DNA from: Candidatus Melainabacteria bacterium 17Bon1m
Lineage (GTDB): Bacteria > Cyanobacteriota > Vampirovibrionia > Obscuribacterales > Obscuribacteraceae
Reading direction: 5' to 3'
Assembly (NCBI GenBank): GCA_032128875.1
Contig: JAVLKG010000001.1
Coordinates: 256,001-320,000 of the forward strand
DNA length: 64,000 nt
Part shown: piece by piece, positions 9,507 to 14,791 of the stretch
Numbering within the stretch: the first letter of the stretch is position 1
Layout: every line of letters begins with the position of its first letter
Made by a program: the position numbers and the translations under genes
The notes under the pieces: model-generated
Seen by the model: only the letters and a program-made list of their open reading frames with translations
What the model was told of the DNA's origin: nothing
The model's database searches: none

Positions 9507-11354
9507 TCAATTTTGATTGTTTTCCAAACTAGTGATTAGCCTGTTTGTCTCGTCTCTTTTGACGATTCGAAACTCTTCGAAGTATTTGTCAGATGCCGTT
9601 TTTAGATCGGCAAGGGCCGCAGGGTAATTCTTTTGTGCAAGTTCAATCTGCGCTCTCAGCGCATAGTTGTCCGCGAGCATTTTTGCTGGTATTGCTGTTT
9701 TGAATAGCTGCGCTGCTGCCTCGACCTGACGATTTTTAAGTAAATACTCAACCTTTTCTTGTGAAACCAAGTCGCCGACTTCTGGATTAATGGTTCTTCT
9801 TATATACGTCTTTTCCTTCGCAATGGCTTTGTCGATCCACGAAAGTGCCATAGGAAAATTTCCTTCCGCTGCGTAAATCTTCGCTTGTGCGCGCATGAAT
9901 AATTCAGAGTTGCTTTTCTCTTTCCACTTTTGAGCTAGATCCTTTGCCTCCTCTGTTTTTCTGCCTGAAAGTAATCCAACAATATAGCTAAACCATTCTT
10001 CTTCATCTCGCGGATGCCATTCAACACATGCTTGCTCGGGGTGCTTTAAGCGTCCTTCGAGCAATTCCACAGTGTACAGACTCCCAAAGCCACCTTTAAA
10101 CCAAGTGAGTTCTAACAATCCTGATGGAACCTTATACCCTTCAATGGTTCCGAATTTCGGGTCGAGTTGTGTGGCTGGGACAGTCACTTTTTCCATAGTC
10201 AGAAAAGAGCGGCAATCTTCTTGCGTAATAGAGCAGTCCGTTGTATTTAGCCGTATCACCAATTTTAAAGCTTTACCGGAAGCATTGCGTTCCGGCCCGA
10301 CTTGAACCATATTGATGGACGTCAATTTGGGATCCGGCAAGTAGAAGCGAAACGAACCATCTGAGTTCTTTTCAAAGCTGTCGGCATGCAGTGCTTCTTT
10401 CAGTTTTTCTGGATTGAATGCGTCCTTTTGCGTTGCAAGGAATTTGATCAGTTCACAGATTTGGCATTTGTTTGTTACTGGAGGAGTTAGGTCAGCCTTG
10501 GTCGGCGTTGGACTTCCTGTCTCACACCTTCCAGCGCTTTCAAGGCAAACCTTCATAGCATCTTCTTTGCCTGTCCCTGCAAAATATCTAGCTGCTATTA
10601 GATAGTCTGAGCGAGCGCTTCCAAGCTTTCCATTCTTCTCTTCACTCAGAGCTAGTACATAACGATAGACACTCTCAGATAAATAGCTCTGTGGATTGTT
10701 AACCAATGCAGAAAAAATTGCTTCGGCATCTTTCGTTTTACCGTGTTCCAAAAGAACAACTGCGGCCGGAAATTTATATTGGGTTGATAATAGTTTTTCC
10801 GCATCCAATAAGGCCTCTGGAACTCGGTCCGCAGCAAGAAATAGCCTCATCCTTGTATTTAGATACTCTTGTAAGTTGTACGGGTTTTTACCGTCCCCCC
10901 TTTGTTCATCGAGGGATTTTTGTGCCGCTACGACACTTTTGCTGATCTCGGTAATGGCTTCATCAAAGTGTCCACTTGCTGCTAAATTACCGGCTCTGTA
11001 TGCTTCAAATTTGCCAGCGTCAAACCAACCGGTTAAACACCAGGCCTTAAATTTGTCATCTTCATCTGTTCGAAGATGGCGATTTACATGCTCCCATCTC
11101 TCCGAGCCCATCAGCTGTTGAAAGATGCTGTCTTTTGCAATTGCGGACGGAAGGTCTTTGTGAGACAAGCCAACAAACGCTTGTTGATCTTCTGTTTTTT
11201 CTTTCGCGTTTGGATCTGGTATATAGATGCCTGGCGCTGCCCACGCGACGTCAGTAGTTGCGGCAGCAAAAGCTATGGCAACACCTGCTACCAAACAAGC
11301 TCGTCGAAAATTGGCGTTTGATGCCATTGGCTCCCTAACCCAATCCGCAGCCAT
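9507..11354 (-). CDS. Secreted TPR-repeat protein
   Basis: Signal peptide (probable start MASNANFRR); TPR-like helices (GHFDEAITEISKSV, GNFPMALSWIDKAI, KNYPAALADLKTA). Confidence 0.8.
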   Translation of the reverse strand: MAADWVREPMASNANFRRACLVAGVAIAFAAATTDVAWAAPGIYIPDPNAKEKTEDQQAFVGLSHKDLPSAIAKDSIFQQLMGSERWEHVNRHLRTDEDDKFKAWCLTGWFDAGKFEAYRAGNLAASGHFDEAITEISKSVVAAQKSLDEQRGDGKNPYNLQEYLNTRMRLFLAADRVPEALLDAEKLLSTQYKFPAAVVLLEHGKTKDAEAIFSALVNNPQSYLSESVYRYVLALSEEKNGKLGSARSDYLIAARYFAGTGKEDAMKVCLESAGRCETGSPTPTKADLTPPVTNKCQICELIKFLATQKDAFNPEKLKEALHADSFEKNSDGSFRFYLPDPKLTSINMVQVGPERNASGKALKLVIRLNTTDCSITQEDCRSFLTMEKVTVPATQLDPKFGTIEGYKVPSGLLELTWFKGGFGSLYTVELLEGRLKHPEQACVEWHPRDEEEWFSYIVGLLSGRKTEEAKDLAQKWKEKSNSELFMRAQAKIYAAEGNFPMALSWIDKAIAKEKTYIRRTINPEVGDLVSQEKVEYLLKNRQVEAAAQLFKTAIPAKMLADNYALRAQIELAQKNYPAALADLKTASDKYFEEFRIVKRDETNRLITSLENNQN

Positions 11355-12222
11355 GGCAAACTTGCTTGACGTACGGCTTTCCGTTATTGAGTGATTTTAC
11401 GATATTGGCTTGCTGATTGCTTTTTTGAGTCCAGCCGAAAAGTTGATACCACTTTTGCAATGCGACATGCCCAACTATACGCTTTTCTTTTGGAAGTTTA
11501 TCGAATTGCATAATCGCGCGAAGTTGATATGTTTCAGCTCTTTTGAAATCATATGTGCTCCGCTTATTAGGATCCGTGAATAAACCGGCCATTTGCTGCA
11601 ACGTGTATGCTGTTGTTTCAATGACACTTTCGTCTAGTCCTCTTGCGTTTTCCAACGCGCGGAGCTGTTCGTCCAAGTCAGCAGTTTGTTTGTTTGCTTC
11701 TTCTGCTGCACCGATCTGATTGTAGAAATTGATGAGGCTAACAAGATATTGCAAACGTTCCCTGGAGCCGATCGGAAGTTTGATGGCGAATTCTAGCCCA
11801 ATGGTTGCTGCGCGCCGCGCTTTGACCTTGTCGTATGGAGCCATCTCGAAAGCATAATTGCTCATGAGCCCTGGGATTATAAGCTCGGGAGCTCGGAACG
11901 TTTTTGCAGACTCGATTGCTCGGGTAATTGTCTTTTCTGCCTGTACAATTTGACCAGTCAGTATGTACACACGAGCTAGATCACCGAGTCTGACTGGGTA
12001 ATCCTCGATCAAAGTGCCATGTTGTTTTTCGTACTCTTGAAGATCCTTTTCTGCCAAGTTGATCTGCAACTTTTGGTCAGCCGTTAGAGCCTTAGGTGAG
12101 TTAACGCTCGGATTTACCGCGGTCCTTGGTTGCTTAGGGGCGTCTTTCGCAAGCGATGTATGTCCCGCTATTAGAAGCCCGACATTTATTGCGCACAACG
12201 CTCGCGCTGTCTTCGCCTTCAT
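11335..12222 (-). CDS. Secreted TPR-like protein ending in CHGCGLG
   Basis: Signal peptide; LARVYILTGQIVQAEKTITRAI; terminal CxxCG motif. Confidence 0.75.
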   Translation of the reverse strand: MKAKTARALCAINVGLLIAGHTSLAKDAPKQPRTAVNPSVNSPKALTADQKLQINLAEKDLQEYEKQHGTLIEDYPVRLGDLARVYILTGQIVQAEKTITRAIESAKTFRAPELIIPGLMSNYAFEMAPYDKVKARRAATIGLEFAIKLPIGSRERLQYLVSLINFYNQIGAAEEANKQTADLDEQLRALENARGLDESVIETTAYTLQQMAGLFTDPNKRSTYDFKRAETYQLRAIMQFDKLPKEKRIVGHVALQKWYQLFGWTQKSNQQANIVKSLNNGKPYVKQVCHGCGLG

Positions 12223-12298
12223 GACTAACCTCGATGTATCGATATAGTTAGTTTGCCTGAAAGCGCAGATTCACGCAAGATGAGGCAAACTATTTGTG

Positions 12299-12733
12299 CT
12301 ATTCCTCTCGTTGTAGTTGACCGTTCACATGTATCTTGCTTCCGTCTGCATCTGTCGTGAAGCATTGGAAGCTGATGGTATCAATGTGATTTTGGCTTGA
12401 TCCGTAGCCCGTCATAATCAGCAAAGGTTTAAATCTGTTTGACGAAAATGAGGCCACAAAAACGTCCGGCGTTGTCTTATTATTTCTGTCTGCATAAGCT
12501 TCGAGGGTCGCTTCACCTATTGAAACTTCATCAGGAAAGCCCACCAGTGCCCCTCGAACTTTTACGCTTCCGTCTTTCTCTTTTGTGAAACTGAGCCTTT
12601 TGATGGTGACAAAATTCGTTTCTTTGCTGGTGAAGTTACCAGTCCACTTCTCTGGATAATTAGCTGCAAGCCCTAAGGACGGAGTTCCCAATGATATTGC
12701 TGCAATTGCAGCAGAAATGAATGCCCCTTTCAT
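12299..12733 (-). CDS. Secreted hypothetical protein
   Basis: GGAGG SD, signal peptide MKGAFISAAIAAISLG. Confidence 0.75.
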   Translation of the reverse strand: MKGAFISAAIAAISLGTPSLGLAANYPEKWTGNFTSKETNFVTIKRLSFTKEKDGSVKVRGALVGFPDEVSIGEATLEAYADRNNKTTPDVFVASFSSNRFKPLLIMTGYGSSQNHIDTISFQCFTTDADGSKIHVNGQLQREE

Positions 12734-12837
12734 ATCCCCTCCAGAGGTTGTCGTCGCCTAATCATACTATTTGGTAAGTATTAAGGGGTATTGCATCCGC
12801 AAATCGAACTTCACTTTGCGAAGGAATTTAAAAAAGA

Positions 12838-13056
12838 CTATCTGTCTTTTGAAAGTGAGATTCTGATTCGCAGGTCTAGAGCACTTGCGGTTCTTACAAG
12901 CATCGGAAGTGAGTGTCCTTCATAGTCAGAATCCTCTAGTCGACTTATCACTGACTGGGTCGTACCTGTCAGGTCTGCAAGTCCTTTCTGACTTAATCCT
13001 GCTTCTTTTCGCGCCTCGTAAATCATCACTGCTATTTCAGAACTGAGGCGCTCATT
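12838..13056 (-). pseudogene. 5'-truncated XRE/HTH_3 regulator (HigA-like antitoxin remnant)
   Basis: NERLSSEIAVMIYEARKEAGLSQKGLADLTGTTQSVISRLEDSDYEGHSLPML; family-like sequence extends upstream of the first usable start codon and then meets a stop. Confidence 0.65.
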
Positions 13057-13143
13057 TGATTTAGTGGTTGTTTAGGTCTAGCAATGAGAGGTGGTCGGCC
13101 AGCCTTTCTGGTTGCCTGCAAACATTCGAGAGAGGTCGTGAAA

Positions 13144-13228
13144 TGGCGGAGATGGCATGGACTCGAACCTGCAACGCTTTCGCGCGCCTGTTTTCAAGAC
13201 AGGCTCCTTTCCAATTCGGATCATCTCC
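13144..13228 (-). tRNA. tRNA-Ser(TGA), divergent, CCA encoded
   Basis: GGAGATG/CATCTCC acceptor, CCTGT-CTTGAAA-ACAGG, long variable arm, GGTTCGAGTCC with bulged T-stem, G73. Confidence 0.88.
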
Positions 13229-13233
13229 GTAAT

Positions 13234-13306
13234 TGCCAACGACTGGAATCGAACCAGTTTCGTGCCGTCTTCAGCGGCTCGTGTTGACCACAATCACCAC
13301 ATTGGC
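13234..13306 (-). tRNA. tRNA-Phe(GAA), divergent, no CCA
   Basis: GCCAATG/CGTTGGC, GCCG-CTGAAGA-CGGC, ACTGG-TTCGATT-CCAGT. Confidence 0.85.
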
Positions 13307-13307
13307 A

Positions 13308-13381
13308 TGGCGCGTCGACCTCGATTCGAACGAGGACCAGCAACTTTGGAGGTTGCGCGGCTACCGTTACCTCATCGACGC
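13308..13381 (-). tRNA. tRNA-Trp(CCA), CCA encoded
   Basis: GCGTCGA/TCGACGC, GCAAC-CTCCAAA-GTTGC, CCTCG-TTCGAAT-CGAGG, G73. Confidence 0.9.
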
Positions 13382-13382
13382 A

Positions 13383-13458
13383 TGGAGCACACGAGCCGAT
13401 TTGCACGGCTGCGTAGCGGGGTTGCAATCCGCCGGCTTGCTGTCTTGCCTACGTGTGC
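13383..13458 (-). tRNA. tRNA-Cys(GCA), divergent, CCA encoded
   Basis: GCACACG/CGTGTGC, GCGGA-TTGCAAC-CCCGC, AGCCG-TGCAAAT-CGGCT, U73. Confidence 0.85.
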
Positions 13459-13459
13459 A

Positions 13460-13535
13460 TGGAGCCGTCAGCAGGAATTGAACCCGCAACCAATCGCTTA
13501 CAAGGCGATTGCTCTACCAATTGAGCTATAACGGC
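13460..13535 (-). tRNA. tRNA-Thr(TGT), CCA encoded
   Basis: GCCGTTA/TGACGGC, GCTC-AATTGGTA-GAGC, ATCGC-CTTGTAA-GCGAT, GCGGG-TTCAATT-CCTGC. Confidence 0.95.
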
Positions 13536-13588
13536 GTGTGTTGAACGTCAGATTGTTGAAACCTCGTGAGTTGGTTAGATAAAACAAT

Positions 13589-13660
13589 TGGAGGCAGTAG
13601 GAATCGAACCTACCTGGAGCTGGTTAAAAGCCAGATACATAGCCAATCTGCCATGCCTCC
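13589..13660 (-). tRNA. tRNA-Lys(TTT), no CCA
   Basis: GGAGGCA/TGCCTCC, CTGG-CTTTTAA-CCAG, GTAGG-TTCGATT-CCTAC. Confidence 0.88.
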
Positions 13661-13683
13661 GCAAAAGTTTCTGAAAAAAAATT

Positions 13684-13778
13684 GGGCGTGTGCAACACGC
13701 CCCCACGCTCTGGAAGAGCCGGCTGGAAGCCAGCGCTCCGGCCGATTTAGAAGCGGGCGAGCCGCCGGCGCTCCCAGG
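13684..13778. repeat. Cluster of REP-like elements (families 2 and 3) inside the tRNA array
   Basis: GGGCGTGTGCAACACGCCCCCAC and GCGAGCCGCCGGCGCTCCCAGG; same units at 32924-33029 and 62592-62671. Confidence 0.8.
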
Positions 13779-13783
13779 AAAAA

Positions 13784-13856
13784 AGCCCCTGCCAGGATTT
13801 GAACCTGGACCCTTCTGGTTCGTAGCCAGATGCTCAATCCGTTGAGCTACAGGGAC
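13784..13856 (-). tRNA. tRNA-Arg(ACG), no CCA
   Basis: GTCCCTG/CAGGGGC, GCTC-AACGGATT-GAGC, TCTGG-CTACGAA-CCAGA, CCAGG-TTCAAAT-CCTGG. Confidence 0.93.
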
Positions 13857-13917
13857 AATGCCGGACCTAAAGGCTCAGCTTTGGTCCGGGTTTCTCGGCG
13901 GCCGCCGTAGAAATGAT

Positions 13918-13988
13918 AGCCCACCATCGGATTCGAACCGATATCTCCGCCGTGGCGCGACGGGGTTCTGCCATTGAACCAGGTAGGC
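13918..13988 (-). tRNA. tRNA-Gly(GCC), divergent anticodon loop, no CCA
   Basis: GCCTACC/GGTGGGC, GTTC-AATGGCA-GAAC, CCGTC-GCGCCAC-GGCGG, ATCGG-TTCGAAT-CCGAT, U73. Confidence 0.85.
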
Positions 13989-13991
13989 GAA

Positions 13992-14062
13992 TTGCCACAG
14001 CAGGAGTCGCACCTACACCACTCGCTTATCAGGCGAGCGCTCTACTGTTGAGCTATGCAGCA
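13992..14062 (-). tRNA. tRNA-Ile(GAT), divergent, no CCA
   Basis: TGCTGCA/TGTGGCA, GCTC-AACAGTA-GAGC, CTCGC-CTGATAA-GCGAG, GTAGG-TGCGACT-CCTGC. Confidence 0.85.
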
Positions 14063-14066
14063 CTAA

Positions 14067-14138
14067 TGCCCGATGAAGGATTTGAACCTTCAACCCTCTC
14101 CTTGTAATGGAGTAGCTCTACCGTTGAGCTAACCGGGC
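14067..14138 (-). tRNA. tRNA-Val(TAC), no CCA
   Basis: GCCCGGT/ATCGGGC, GCTC-AACGGTA-GAGC, CTCC-ATTACAA-GGAG, GAAGG-TTCAAAT-CCTTC. Confidence 0.9.
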
Positions 14139-14141
14139 GAA

Positions 14142-14214
14142 TGGAGACTATCGGAATCGAACCGATGACCTTCTCGTTGCAGGCGAGTTGCTCTGCCGTC
14201 TGAGCTTAGTCCCC
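14142..14214 (-). tRNA. tRNA-Ala(TGC), divergent, no CCA
   Basis: GGGGACT/AGTCTCC with G3:U70 identity pair, CTCG-CCTGCAA-CGAG, ATCGG-TTCGATT-CCGAT. Confidence 0.9.
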
Positions 14215-14223
14215 ATGTTTTCT

Positions 14224-14238
14224 CGATTTTCAGGGTGC
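14224..14238 (-). promoter_or_regulatory. boxA-like antitermination motif
   Basis: GCACCCTGAAAATCG, 9 nt before the first tRNA; resembles the G(A/C)ACCTTGAAAA rrn boxA type. Confidence 0.45.
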
Positions 14239-14520
14239 GATGTTTCCGAAGTGAACAGATGAAAGTGCGAAGTGTTCAAAATGAGTATGGGTGAGTTCAA
14301 AAGTTATGCGACTAAATTTTTTCTGACACCTCCCTGCGCTAGAGCGAGCTAGGACAATGGCACCACTAATGGTGACACTGCAGATTAAGAAGCGAATTTA
14401 TTCACACGACGTTGATCGGTCAGCAAAGCTGCGATTGCGCGCTAACGCAAATCAATCAGCAAATGCTTGATCGAAGAATGTCTAGTTATCGGGATTCCCG
14501 TGAATAGAGAGCCTTAAAGA

Positions 14521-14548
14521 CAAAAATGCCTGGGCTCTTTACCCAGGC
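14521..14548 (-). terminator. Intrinsic terminator (attenuator) between leader ORF and tRNA array
   Basis: GCCTGGG-TAAAGAG-CCCAGGC-ATTTTTG. Confidence 0.85.
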
Positions 14549-14590
14549 TCTGCGGAGTTAGATACCAATCAATCTCATCGCATTACTGGG
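14542..14590 (-). promoter_or_regulatory. Antiterminator hairpin, mutually exclusive with the terminator
   Basis: CCCAG-taa-TGCG-atg-AGAT-tgattggt-ATCT-aactc-CGCA-gagc-CTGGG: three nested helices; 5' arm lies in the last leader codons, 3' arm is the terminator 5' strand. Confidence 0.75.
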
Positions 14591-14691
14591 ATTTTCACGC
14601 GCACGTTTGCCGTGCCGCCGCAAAACACTGGACGTCCGGAGTCGGCGCGCCATGTGCGTTTGGTGGTTGAGCAAATAATTGATTTATTCAT
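14575..14691 (-). CDS. Putative 38-aa attenuator leader peptide
   Basis: AAGGTG SD 6 nt before ATG; MNKSIICSTTKRTWRADSGRPVFCGGTANVRVKIPVMR*; stop codon inside the antiterminator. Confidence 0.75.
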   Translation of the reverse strand: MNKSIICSTTKRTWRADSGRPVFCGGTANVRVKIPVMR

Positions 14692-14759
14692 AGTCTGCAC
14701 CTTAGTGTCCTTTATGATCATTAGTGATCATAAAGTCGGCCCGAAGACCGACTAAATTC

Positions 14760-14788
14760 AACATACCACAACACCCCTGACGCCGCAA
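14760..14788 (-). promoter_or_regulatory. Sigma70-like promoter of the leader/tRNA operon
   Basis: TTGCGG-17 nt-TATGTT with extended -10 TG; predicted start near 14753 at a UUCG-capped hairpin. Confidence 0.6.
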
Positions 14789-14791
14789 GAA

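Noticed and set aside
13078-14107. Short ORFs in the track overlapping 13.1-14.1 kb
   Set aside because: Shadows of the tRNA genes; cloverleaf structures explain the sequence
14215-14520. Extra tRNAs or a T-box riboswitch in the array leader
   Set aside because: No cloverleaf and no TGGNACCGCG T-box motif seen on the minus strand
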